NCBI RefSeq assembly: GCF_017876815.1
Contig: NZ_JAGIOS010000002.1
Span: 870,001 to 902,000, forward strand
Direction: 5' to 3'
From: Sinorhizobium meliloti
GTDB taxonomy: Bacteria > Pseudomonadota > Alphaproteobacteria > Rhizobiales > Rhizobiaceae
Length of the DNA stretch: 32,000 nt
In this document: piece after piece, positions 6,907 to 14,501 of the stretch
How positions within the stretch are numbered: the first letter of the stretch is position 1
How the letters are laid out: every line of letters starts with the position of its first letter
Translations under genes and position numbers: made by a program
The notes under the pieces: model-generated
Databases searched by the model: none
What the model saw: the letters and a program-made list of their open reading frames with translations, nothing else
Told to the model about the DNA's origin: nothing

Positions 6907-9900
6907 ATGGCAGTCATCAACGGCACAGCCGGAAACAATGTCCTCATAGGCACTGATCTAGACGACGTGATTAGCGGGTTCGGCGGTGACGATTTCATTC
7001 AGGGACTTGGAGGCGCCGACGTGATCAACGGCGGCGCGGGCGTCGACACGGTCGACTATAGCGAAAAGACGACTTCCGTCGTAGTCACGTTAACGGGTGC
7101 GACCGCCGCGACGGTCTTCGTCAATGGCGTGGCCGACGACACTCTCAGCAACGTCGAGAACGTTTACGGGGGCTCCGGAAACGACACTATTACGGGCGAC
7201 GCGCAGAACAACCTATTCCGAGGCGGCGGCGGAAACGACGTCCTCGACGGCGGCGCCGGGAACGATACCGCCGACTATGCCGACAAGACGACTTCCGTCG
7301 TGGTCACCCTGATGGGGGCGACACCCGCCACCGTCTTCGTGAACGGTATCGCCGAGGACACAATCAGCAACTTCGAAAACGTCTATGGCGGGTCGGGCAA
7401 TGACATCCTGACCGGCGACGACCGAAGCAATATCCTGCGCGGCGAAGCAGGAAACGACATTCTCAATGGCGGCGCCGATGACGACTTGCTGTCCGGCGGC
7501 GCCGGCAACGACACGGCCGACGGCGGCACCGGGATCGATACCTTCGATCTCCGCGAAAAGACATCTTCAGTCGTCGTACAGCTCAGCGGCGCGAATGCGG
7601 CTACGGTCTTCGTCGGCGGCGTCGCCGAGGACACGATCCGCAATGTCGAGAACATCGTCGGCGGGACGGCGGACGACACGCTCAGCGGCGATGCGGCGGC
7701 AAACAAGCTCTCGGGTGCGCGCGGTAACGACTGGCTCAAGGGAGGAGGCGGCGCAGACACCCTTGACGGCGGCGAAGACAGCGACACCGCCGACTACAGC
7801 GACAAGGCGGCGGCGATCGCCGTGGCGCTGAACGGCGGCAATCCCGTTACCGTAACGGTCGGCGGCATTGCCGAGGATCTGATCGCGAAGATCGAGAACA
7901 TCGTGGGCGGCTCGGGCGGCGACACGATCATCGGCGATGCGGCTGCAAATGCGTTTCGAGGCGGCCTGGGTGCCGACGTGCTGGACGGCGGCGGCGGCAG
8001 TGACACCGCAGACTTCAGCGACAAGGTCCAATCCGTCGTGCTTGCCCTGAACGGTGCAGTCGACGCCATTGCGGCCGTCGGCGGAACGGCCGAGGATACG
8101 GTTCGCAACATCGAGAACATCACCGGCGGATCCGGCAACGACCAGTTTACCGGTGACGCCGCGGCGAATACCTTCCGCGGCGGCCTCGGCGCCGACGTGC
8201 TGGACGGAGGTGACGGCAGCGACACGGCGGACTACGGCGACAAGACGGTTTCGGTGGTAGTGACCCTGGCCGGCGCAAACCCGACCACCGCCTTCGTCGA
8301 CGGTATGGCCGAGGATTCTCTGCGCAACATCGAGAACATCATCGGCGGCTCGGGCAACGACGTGCTTGCCGGCGATGGGTTCCAGAACGTGCTGGACGGC
8401 GGTGCCGGCACCGACATGGCCGACTATTCTGCCTCCGCCAAGGGCATCGCGGTGATGCTCAACGGTGCCAACGATGCGAAGGTGATCGTTGGCAGTGCTG
8501 CGGAAGATACGCTGCGCAACATCGAAAATGTCACCGGCAGCGCCTTCGCGGATGTGATCACCGGCGACGCACAGGCGAACATTCTCCTGGGCGGCAGCGG
8601 TAGCGACATTCTCAAGGGAGACGGCGGGCAGGACGTCATCGACGGCGGTGCCGGGACCGATACCGCCGACTTCAGCGAAAAGACGGCAGCCGTCGTTCTG
8701 GCGCTGGCGGGTGCGGCGAACGCGATCGCGACGGTCGGTGGGCTGGCCGAGGATACGGTGCGCAACATCGAAAGCATCTTCGGCGGCATCGGCGCTGACG
8801 TGCTGACCGGCGACGGCAACAGCAATACGATCCGCGGCGGTGCGGGCGCCGACAGTCTGGATGGTGGCGCCGGTGTGGACACGGTCGATTATCGCGACAA
8901 AACCAAGTCCGTTGCCGTTACTCTCGATGGGGCCACCCCCGTGACCGTCAAGGTGGGCGGCGTAATCGAGGATACGATCCGCAATTTTGAGAACATCTCC
9001 GGCGGTTCCGCCGGCGACATGCTCACCGGAGACGGTCTGGCCAACGTCCTGGTCGGCAACGACGGCGCCGACACGCTGAGAGGGGGTCTCGGCAAAGACG
9101 TGCTGGACGGCGGCAATGGCGTCGACACCGCGGACTACCTGGAGAAAACCGATGCGATTTCGGTCACGCTGAACGGCACGGCGAGCGCGGCCGTTCTCGT
9201 CGGCGGCACAGCCGAAGACACCATCCGCGGTGTGGAAAACATACTCTCGGGGTCCGGTGCCGACACGCTTGTCGGTGACACCGCGAGCAATATGTTCCGG
9301 GGAGCTCTCGGCGCCGATTTCATAGACGGCGGCGCAGGCGTGGACACTGCCGATTACCGGGAGAAGACGGGGTCCGTCGAGGTGGCGCTCTCGGGAGCCA
9401 GCGACAGCTTCGTCTTCGTCGGCGGCGTCGTCGAAGACACCATCCGCAATATCGAGAATGTGTTCGGCGGCAAGGGCAACGATACGCTCACGGGCGACGG
9501 CCTCGCCAACACCCTCAACGGCAATGACGGCAAGGACCTCCTCACGGGCGGCGGCGGAGCGGACATTCTCGACGGCGGGGCGGCCTCCGATACGGCGAGC
9601 TACCGAGACAAGACCGCATCGGTCTCCGTTACACTCGACGGCGCCACCTATACGACCGTCACGGTCGGGGGCGCGGCCGAGGACACGATCCGCAACGTCG
9701 AGAACATCTGGGGCGGGACCGGCAACGACAGCCTGAGCGGCGACGCGAACGCGAACCTCCTTTCGGGCGGCGGCGGAAGCGACATCCTCTTCGGTGGTGC
9801 GGGTGCGGACATTTTCCAGTTCGACTTCGCTCTCGGTTCCACGAATGTCGACACGGTTCTGGATTTTACCGCCGGAGACAGGCTCTTCCTCTCGAAGAGC

Positions 9901-10125
9901 GTCTTCACCACGCTGAGTGGAGGGACGCTGGCGGTGACGCAGTTCTACGCGGCGGCCGATGCCACGGCGGCGCAGAACGCGAACCAGAAGATCATCTACG
10001 ACACGACGAGCGGTGCGCTCTACTACGACGCCGACGGTAGCCTTTCCGGTCACACGGCCGTGCAGTTCGCGGTGTTTTCGACGCATCCGAGCCTGACCGC
10101 GGGAGATTTCGTGCTCGTCGTGTGA
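6907..10125 (+). CDS. Large RTX/hemolysin-type calcium-binding repeat protein, a probable type I secretion substrate (adhesin or exoprotein)
   Basis: GGGAGGA RBS lies 7 nt upstream. There are dozens of GGxGxDxLx nonapeptides, e.g. GGAGNDTADY, GGSGNDILTGD and GGLGADVLDGG. There is no N-terminal signal peptide. The C-terminal ~100 aa (DTVLDFTAGDRLFLSKSVF...TAGDFVLVV) resemble serralysin-type RTX C-terminal secretion domains. Confidence 0.9.
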   Translation: MAVINGTAGNNVLIGTDLDDVISGFGGDDFIQGLGGADVINGGAGVDTVDYSEKTTSVVVTLTGATAATVFVNGVADDTLSNVENVYGGSGNDTITGDAQNNLFRGGGGNDVLDGGAGNDTADYADKTTSVVVTLMGATPATVFVNGIAEDTISNFENVYGGSGNDILTGDDRSNILRGEAGNDILNGGADDDLLSGGAGNDTADGGTGIDTFDLREKTSSVVVQLSGANAATVFVGGVAEDTIRNVENIVGGTADDTLSGDAAANKLSGARGNDWLKGGGGADTLDGGEDSDTADYSDKAAAIAVALNGGNPVTVTVGGIAEDLIAKIENIVGGSGGDTIIGDAAANAFRGGLGADVLDGGGGSDTADFSDKVQSVVLALNGAVDAIAAVGGTAEDTVRNIENITGGSGNDQFTGDAAANTFRGGLGADVLDGGDGSDTADYGDKTVSVVVTLAGANPTTAFVDGMAEDSLRNIENIIGGSGNDVLAGDGFQNVLDGGAGTDMADYSASAKGIAVMLNGANDAKVIVGSAAEDTLRNIENVTGSAFADVITGDAQANILLGGSGSDILKGDGGQDVIDGGAGTDTADFSEKTAAVVLALAGAANAIATVGGLAEDTVRNIESIFGGIGADVLTGDGNSNTIRGGAGADSLDGGAGVDTVDYRDKTKSVAVTLDGATPVTVKVGGVIEDTIRNFENISGGSAGDMLTGDGLANVLVGNDGADTLRGGLGKDVLDGGNGVDTADYLEKTDAISVTLNGTASAAVLVGGTAEDTIRGVENILSGSGADTLVGDTASNMFRGALGADFIDGGAGVDTADYREKTGSVEVALSGASDSFVFVGGVVEDTIRNIENVFGGKGNDTLTGDGLANTLNGNDGKDLLTGGGGADILDGGAASDTASYRDKTASVSVTLDGATYTTVTVGGAAEDTIRNVENIWGGTGNDSLSGDANANLLSGGGGSDILFGGAGADIFQFDFALGSTNVDTVLDFTAGDRLFLSKSVFTTLSGGTLAVTQFYAAADATAAQNANQKIIYDTTSGALYYDADGSLSGHTAVQFAVFSTHPSLTAGDFVLVV
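7054..9825 (+). repeat. In-frame tandem array of 12 diverged modules (73 aa / 219 bp in the shortest) inside the RTX gene
   Basis: Module consensus is DY-x-(D/E)KT-x-SVVVTL-x-GA-x4-V-x-VGG-x-AEDTIRNIENI-x-GGSG-x-D-x-LTGD followed by 2-4 RTX nonapeptides. Anchors seen: VDYSEKTTS, ADYADKTTS, FDLREKTSS, ADYSDKAAA, ADFSDKVQS, ADYGDKTVS, ADYSASAKG, ADFSEKTAA, VDYRDKTKS, ADYLEKTDA, ADYREKTGS and ASYRDKTAS. The first two anchors are 73 aa apart. The third is 90 aa further on because of extra nonapeptides. Confidence 0.85.
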
Positions 10126-10139
10126 TCGCCCGGCTACAG

Positions 10140-10164
10140 GGAACACCTGCCCAGGCTCCGTGTT
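10140..10164 (+). promoter_or_regulatory. EcfG-type motif (GGAAC-N16-tGTT) between the RTX stop and the terminator-like hairpin
   Basis: GGAAC at 10140-10144 and TGTT at 10161-10164. It is oriented toward the Zn-ADH gene (start 10240), but a hairpin plus T-tract (10177-10217) lies in between. Confidence 0.35.
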
Positions 10165-10176
10165 TGGAGGAACGTG

Positions 10177-10217
10177 AAAGGACGAGCAGCGCGCCCCGTC
10201 CTTTTCTTTTTCTTGCA
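10177..10217 (+). terminator. Rho-independent terminator-like hairpin after the RTX gene
   Basis: AAAGGACG (10177-10184) pairs with CGTCCTTT (10197-10204) around a 12-nt loop. The sequence from the right-arm T's onward reads TTTTCTTTTTCTT. Confidence 0.65.
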
Positions 10218-10239
10218 GCGATCAACAAGGAGCTCCGAC

Positions 10240-11409
10240 GTGAAAGCCCTGACATGGCACGGCAAAGGCGATATCCGGTGCGAGAGCGTGCCCGATCCGA
10301 AGATCGAAGATGACCGCGACGCCGTCATCAAGGTCACCGCCTGTGCGATTTGCGGATCGGACGTTCATATTTTTCACGGCCTCATTCCATCCATGGAGAA
10401 TGGCGACATTCTCGGCCATGAGACCATGGGCGAGGTCGTGGAGGTCGGCAAGGGCGCCAGGGGACTGGAGGTCGGCGACCGGGTGGTCGTTCCGTTTACC
10501 ATCGCCTGCGGCGAGTGCTTCTTCTGCCGGAAAGGCTTCTATTCCGCCTGCGAGCGAACCAATCCCGACCGGGAAAAGGCGGCGAAGCTCTGGGGCAATT
10601 CGCCGGCGGGCCTCTTTGGCTACTCCCATCTCCTCGGCGGCTATAGCGGCGGACAGGCGGAGTATTTGCGCGTGCCGCACGCCGATGTTGGGCCGATCAA
10701 AATTCCCGACGAACTCACGGATGAGCAGGCGCTCTTCCTCTCCGATATTTTCCCCACGGGCTACATGGCGGCGGAGTTCTGCAACATCGAACCCGGGCAG
10801 ACGATTGCGGTCTGGGGCTGCGGCCCAGTCGGACAGATGGCGATCCGCTCGGCATTCCTGCTCGGCGCCGAACGGGTCATCGCCATCGATACGATCGCGG
10901 AGCGCCTGAGGCTTGCCGAGTCCGCCGGCGCCATGACACTCGACTACATGGCTGAGGATGTCTACGACCGCGTCATGGAGATCACCCACGGCCGGGGCGC
11001 AGACGCCTGCATCGACGCCGTGGGCACGGAGGCCGACAGCCGGGCGAGCCTGGATTCGCTCGTCGACCGCGTGAAGGTGGCTACCTTCATGGGAACGGAC
11101 CGGCCGCATGTGTTGCGGCAGGCAATCCATTGCTGCAGGAATTTCGGCACGGTTTCCGTCGTCGGTGTCTATGGCGGCTATCTCGACAAGGTACCGCTCG
11201 GTTCGGCGATCAACCGCGGCCTGACGCTCCGGATGGCCCAGACCCCCGTTCAGCGCTATTTGCCTTCGCTCCTGGACCGCATCCGGAAGGGCGAGATCGA
11301 TCCGTCCTTCGTGGTGACCCACCGCGGCGGGCTCGACGACGGCCCCGAACTCTACAAGACTTTCGCGGAAAGAAAGGACGGCTGCATCAAGGTCGTCCTG
11401 AGGCCCTGA
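10240..11409 (+). CDS. Zinc-dependent alcohol dehydrogenase family (glutathione-independent formaldehyde dehydrogenase-like)
   Basis: Catalytic CAICGSDVH and [12 protein letters not shown]. Structural-zinc [15 protein letters not shown]. Rossmann [18 protein letters not shown] (10227-10232) lies 7 nt before the GTG at 10240. The track start at 10174 would run through the terminator hairpin. Confidence 0.9.
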   Translation: MKALTWHGKGDIRCESVPDPKIEDDRDAVIKVTACAICGSDVHIFHGLIPSMENGDILGHETMGEVVEVGKGARGLEVGDRVVVPFTIACGECFFCRKGFYSACERTNPDREKAAKLWGNSPAGLFGYSHLLGGYSGGQAEYLRVPHADVGPIKIPDELTDEQALFLSDIFPTGYMAAEFCNIEPGQTIAVWGCGPVGQMAIRSAFLLGAERVIAIDTIAERLRLAESAGAMTLDYMAEDVYDRVMEITHGRGADACIDAVGTEADSRASLDSLVDRVKVATFMGTDRPHVLRQAIHCCRNFGTVSVVGVYGGYLDKVPLGSAINRGLTLRMAQTPVQRYLPSLLDRIRKGEIDPSFVVTHRGGLDDGPELYKTFAERKDGCIKVVLRP

Positions 11410-11428
11410 CTACCGAAAGAAGCCAAGT

Positions 11429-12139
11429 TCAGAGCTCGAGTATGGCGTAGGGCCTGCCCGTCGGTTTCTCCACATGGGCGGCGACGTTGAAGACGGGGGC
11501 GCCGCCGGGCGTCCGCCCCTGATAGGCGCCCTGGTGTGCATGGCCGTGAACGACGGCGCTCACCTTGAAGCGGTCGATCGTCTCCGCGAGCCGCGACGAC
11601 CCGAGAAACGGATAGATTTCCTTCGGTTCTCCGGCAACGGTTTCAGGAATCGGCGCGTAATGCAGAACGACGAGCGCGCGCTCCGCCCTGGTAGCCCTCA
11701 AGGCGTTTTCCAGCCGCATGGCTTCGTCGACGCTTGTCTTGACCATGGTCTTTATCGCCGCTTCGCCGAAGGCGCCCAGCATATGCCGGCCGAAGCCGCC
11801 GATGAAACCCTTGGTTCCGCAGAAGCCGACGCCCGAAATTTCGACGCTCTGACCGTCGAGAAGATGCACACCCGCCCTGACGAGGATCGACGAAACCTCC
11901 TCCACGGCATCGCATTGATGATCATGGTTTCCGAGCACGGCGACGACCGGTATCGTGCAGGACTTCAGATCGGCGGCGAGAAGCTCCGCCTCCGCAGGCT
12001 TGCCGAGATCCGTCAGGTCGCCGGCGATCACGAGCACGTCCGCGGCGCGCGAGATTTCCGCGAAGAGGTCGGTATAGGAGACCGATCGGTCCTCCTTTAC
12101 ATGCAGGTCCGCCACGGCGGCCACCTTCAACTTGCTCAT
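11429..12139 (-). CDS. Calcineurin-like metallophosphoesterase
   Basis: Motifs in order: VADLH (DxH), IAGDLTD (GD), LGNHDH (GNHD/E) and VVHGHAH. The start overlaps the upstream stop as ATGA (12136-12139). Confidence 0.85.
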   Translation of the reverse strand: MSKLKVAAVADLHVKEDRSVSYTDLFAEISRAADVLVIAGDLTDLGKPAEAELLAADLKSCTIPVVAVLGNHDHQCDAVEEVSSILVRAGVHLLDGQSVEISGVGFCGTKGFIGGFGRHMLGAFGEAAIKTMVKTSVDEAMRLENALRATRAERALVVLHYAPIPETVAGEPKEIYPFLGSSRLAETIDRFKVSAVVHGHAHQGAYQGRTPGGAPVFNVAAHVEKPTGRPYAILEL

Positions 12140-12963
12140 GACTCCGTATCCTCAGTTTCTGCGCTGATGTCGGAGTCGCCGCCGACATCGGCGAAACCCC
12201 ATTCCTTCACATCGATTTCGTAGTCGGGACGCGAGTACATCCGGCCGCGACAGATCTTCGTCAGGGGCAGTGGAAGATCTCTCTGCGCCGCGAGCCTGCT
12301 CAAGAGCTCGTCCATCAGCCAGAGGGGGACCTTGTCGCGCTCGGAGGGATAGATCCATCGGAAGTTCAGCAGGTGGATGAGCAGGACCTCCCAGTGCGCT
12401 TCCATGTATCCGAGCAATCTTGCCCAATCGATTCGGTCATGTGCCTTCAGGATCAGGTGCGCGACGTCGGCGCCGTCGTAGCGGTGGCGAAGCTGGATGA
12501 AGGCCTTGGACCAGACGAGTTCCGTCGGCGCGACGATTGCACAGGTGGAGGCACCGATCTCTGTCAACAGAGCATTGGCGAACCAGGCGTCGGTGACCAT
12601 CATGGTTCCGTTCGGCGAGGAGAAGATGACGTCGAAGAAGGATTTCCCCTTGAAGACCTTGCCCAGCCATCGATCGTCCTCGATTTCGACTGCGTATCCG
12701 AGCGCCTTGAAATGATTGAGGATGCGGGTGTAATCGCCCGGCTTGCAGAAGACGTCGAGATCTTTCGTCGGCCTCGAAATGCCGGTATGGGCGCTGACGG
12801 CGAAGGTGCCCGCGATCAGGAACGGAATTTGCGACCGGCCCAGTTCGGCAATCGCCTCGGCAACGAATGCTTCGGCCTCCTCGTCGACGAGACGCGGCAG
12901 CGCGAGCGGCTCGGACGGGTGTTCCGAAGGGGAGCGCGGGGGGATTGACGTCATGCTGGTCAT
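12136..12963 (-). CDS. Pol-beta-superfamily nucleotidyltransferase-fold protein (uncharacterised, NTP_transf_5-like) with an acidic C-terminal tail
   Basis: FLIAGTFAVSAHTGISRPTKDLDVF fits the minimal nucleotidyltransferase pattern hG[GS]-x9-13-D-h-D-h. Start chosen at 12963 (MTSMTSIPP; alternative 12954) because it lies downstream of the EcfG-type motif at 13012-12988. The track start at 13122 is upstream of that motif. Confidence 0.6.
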   Translation of the reverse strand: MTSMTSIPPRSPSEHPSEPLALPRLVDEEAEAFVAEAIAELGRSQIPFLIAGTFAVSAHTGISRPTKDLDVFCKPGDYTRILNHFKALGYAVEIEDDRWLGKVFKGKSFFDVIFSSPNGTMMVTDAWFANALLTEIGASTCAIVAPTELVWSKAFIQLRHRYDGADVAHLILKAHDRIDWARLLGYMEAHWEVLLIHLLNFRWIYPSERDKVPLWLMDELLSRLAAQRDLPLPLTKICRGRMYSRPDYEIDVKEWGFADVGGDSDISAETEDTES

Positions 12964-12987
12964 CCAAATGAACGAGACTTCCCTGAC

Positions 12988-13012
12988 AACACGCCAGTCT
13001 TTCGGAAGTTCC
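12988..13012 (-). promoter_or_regulatory. EcfG/RpoE2-type promoter motif (GGAAC-N16-tGTT) for the nucleotidyltransferase/phosphoesterase pair
   Basis: The minus strand reads GGAAC (plus 13012-13008), a 16-nt spacer, then TGTT (plus 12991-12988). It lies about 25 nt upstream of the ATG at 12963. Confidence 0.5.
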
Positions 13013-13102
13013 GCTTGCCCCGAGGTGGGGGATTGCATCCCCTCAAGTCCCCGCACTTTGCGTCCGCTACTTAGCTGGGATGCACCAAGGCGCGAACGTG
13101 AT

Positions 13103-13128
13103 GGAACCGCTGGCCACGTCATGGCGTT
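13103..13128 (+). promoter_or_regulatory. EcfG/RpoE2-type promoter motif (GGAAC-N17-CGTT)
   Basis: GGAAC at 13103-13107 and CGTT at 13125-13128. It is divergent from the 13012 motif. It lies 118 nt upstream of the ATG at 13246, which implies a long leader. Confidence 0.5.
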
Positions 13129-13245
13129 TGTCTGGCAGCTATCGCATGAGCGCCCGGAGCGGAAGCGAAGGGCAGAATCATTAGGAAAATCAAAGCGCTA
13201 CAGCGACTGCGCGCGTCTATTGATGCGCCGCTGAGGGAGGAGCAT

Positions 13246-13485
13246 ATGCCTGTCATCAGCCCCACGATCCACACCCAGCAAAACAGCCGGGAGCTTGAAT
13301 GTCAGCGCGCAATGGAGGACGAGTTCCTGGTCCTTACGGCCCTGGCCGAGGAAGCGGGCTGGTCATGGCAGGAAATCGCGCTCGCCATGTTGGAGTTGAC
13401 CGAGCAATATGTTGCAGCCATGCGGCCGAGTTCGGCGATGGAGGCGAGATCACTCCTGCGCAGTCACTCCAAGAGCTTGCACTGA
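13246..13485 (+). CDS. Hypothetical 79-aa cytoplasmic protein
   Basis: A strong GGAGGAG RBS lies 5 nt upstream. GC3 is high. A long terminator hairpin follows. I recognise no family. Confidence 0.6.
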   Translation: MPVISPTIHTQQNSRELECQRAMEDEFLVLTALAEEAGWSWQEIALAMLELTEQYVAAMRPSSAMEARSLLRSHSKSLH

Positions 13486-13512
13486 CCGGAGCAGTGTCGC
13501 GTTCACCCAAAG

Positions 13513-13556
13513 GCGTTTCGCTGTTTCATTGAAGCAGTGAAACGCTTTTATATTTT
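13513..13556 (+). terminator. Rho-independent terminator (long hairpin plus T-tract) between convergent genes
   Basis: GCGTTTCGCTG (13513-13523) pairs with CAGTGAAACGC (13535-13545) with one G-U wobble. An inner TTC/GAA extension is possible. TTTTATATTTT follows. Confidence 0.7.
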
Positions 13557-13609
13557 GAGACTACGCACTCCCGGACGGAAAACCGTCGAACACCTTTCCT
13601 GGAAGTGCT

Positions 13610-13783
13610 TTAGGTCACGGCACCTCCGACGGCCAGTGCCAATACGAGGAAAACGAGGAAGATAATAACCGCAATGTAGAAGAGTATTTTCGCGATCCCC
13701 GCCGTCGCGGCCGAGACGCCGGAGAACCCGAGGAACCCGGCTATCAGTGAAATAACGAAGAAAATTAGTGCCCACTTCAGCAT
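13610..13783 (-). CDS. DUF1328 / UPF0391 family small membrane protein (57 aa)
   Basis: Not in the ORF track (<60 aa). My translation is [57 protein letters not shown]. This matches the characteristic UPF0391 sequence. AAGGAG RBS lies 7 nt upstream. Confidence 0.85.
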   Translation of the reverse strand: MLKWALIFFVISLIAGFLGFSGVSAATAGIAKILFYIAVIIFLVFLVLALAVGGAVT

Positions 13784-13834
13784 AGTCACTCCTTCCGTTC
13801 AGTTCCTGCGTTGCGGTCGTCGTGGCGCAGCCGT

Positions 13835-13981
13835 TCAGCGGCTGCCCCGGTTCGGATCCTTCCCGGCCGCCTGGCTGCTTTTCTTGACGTCGTCCTTCTT
13901 CGCCTGATCGCCTGCACGATTCCCGCCATGCGTCCCTTTCGAGCTCTTGGCGGTCTTGCCGTCCTTTACGTTCGTAGCCAT
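13835..13981 (-). CDS. 48-aa Lys/Gly-rich hydrophilic micro-protein, stress-type
   Basis: C-terminal part of track ORF 13835..14485: MATNVKDGKTAKSSKGTHGGNRAGDQAKKDDVKKSSQAAGKDPNRGSR. GGAGGA RBS (complement of 13988-13993) lies 6 nt upstream. An EcfG-type motif lies about 45 nt upstream. Confidence 0.6.
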   Translation of the reverse strand: MATNVKDGKTAKSSKGTHGGNRAGDQAKKDDVKKSSQAAGKDPNRGSR

Positions 13982-14027
13982 CTCGCATCCTCCAGCGCTG
14001 TACCGAAACCGGCAGCAGAGCGGATGC

Positions 14028-14052
14028 AACCGGGGAAGGGCGATAAAGTTCC
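14028..14052 (-). promoter_or_regulatory. EcfG/RpoE2-type promoter motif (GGAAC-N16-gGTT) for the 48-aa gene and the DUF1328 gene
   Basis: The minus strand reads GGAAC (plus 14052-14048), a 16-nt spacer, then GGTT (plus 14031-14028). Confidence 0.6.
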
Positions 14053-14114
14053 GTCCGGGCTTGGAGCCGGCGGCGCCGGTCCGCTTTCCTTCCATTGTTC
14101 CAGCGACTGCCGGG

Positions 14115-14139
14115 GGAACCAAATCTGGCCCGGACGGTT
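14115..14139 (+). promoter_or_regulatory. EcfG/RpoE2-type promoter motif (GGAAC-N16-gGTT) for the PepSY and YflT-like genes
   Basis: GGAAC at 14115-14119 and GGTT at 14136-14139. It lies 38 nt upstream of the ATG at 14177 and is divergent from the 14052 motif. Confidence 0.6.
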
Positions 14140-14176
14140 TGGTTGGCCGAATGAGGCTCCCGAGAGAGGAAAGGCC

Positions 14177-14479
14177 ATGAAGAACATCGTCTTCGGCGTT
14201 GCGGTGCTGTTGAGCGCTGCGGCAGCGCCGGCCTTCGCGCAGACGGCCGGCAACACCCCGGCCATCGCCACTCCCGACAGGCAGAACCCGACGGCGCCTG
14301 TCCCCGGCAAGAACAGCTTCACCGAAGACCAGGCACGGGAACGGATGCAGGAGGCGGGCTACACGGACGTCAAGGAGCTGAAGCTCGACGACAAGGGTAT
14401 CTGGCGGGCAACCGCGATGAAGGACGGCAAATCCGTTTCCGTCACTCTCGATTTTCAGGGCAACGTAGTCGCGCTTTAA
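14177..14479 (+). CDS. Secreted PepSY-domain protein (100 aa)
   Basis: Signal peptide MKNIVFGVAVLLSAAAAPAFA/QT. The C-terminal part is FTEDQARERMQEAGYTDVKELKLDDKGIWRATAMKDGKSVSVTLDFQGNVV, a PepSY-like fold signature. GAGAGAGGAAAGG RBS. The track start at 13811 is an upstream extension. Confidence 0.75.
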   Translation: MKNIVFGVAVLLSAAAAPAFAQTAGNTPAIATPDRQNPTAPVPGKNSFTEDQARERMQEAGYTDVKELKLDDKGIWRATAMKDGKSVSVTLDFQGNVVAL

Positions 14480-14501
14480 CGTCAAACAAAGGAAGAAGAC
14501 A

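Noticed and set aside
7054-9825. Regular ~220-bp periodicity that could suggest a CRISPR array or satellite repeat.
   Set aside because: The period is in-frame within one long ORF and the units are diverged. There is no short direct repeat / unique spacer structure. It is a protein-domain repeat.
7567-10146. An 859-aa minus-strand ORF, plus a ladder of 60-150-aa minus-strand ORFs (e.g. 8232..8417, 8424..8882, 8889..9128, 9135..9347, 9354..9566) spaced at the repeat period.
   Set aside because: These are antisense shadows of the GC-rich RTX gene. Their translations are low-complexity (P/S/A/R-rich) with no RBS or family motif. The plus frame carries unmistakable RTX nonapeptides and a secretion domain. 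The periodic stops only mirror the repeat period of the sense strand.
11429-12963. The idea that the nucleotidyltransferase/phosphoesterase pair is an anti-phage defence or toxin-antitoxin system.
   Set aside because: There is no nuclease, HEPN, helicase, effector TM protein, integrase or other defence-island neighbour. The pair carries a stress-sigma motif and host-like composition. I kept it only as an uncharacterised stress module.
13160-13228. The sequence AATCAAAGCGCTACAGCGACTGCGCGCGTCTATTGATGCGCCGCTG in the leader of the 79-aa gene. It reminded me of rhizobial dispersed intergenic repeats (RIME/REP-like).
   Set aside because: Only an imperfect, bulged hairpin is present and I cannot verify copy number without the genome. 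I did not report it as a feature.
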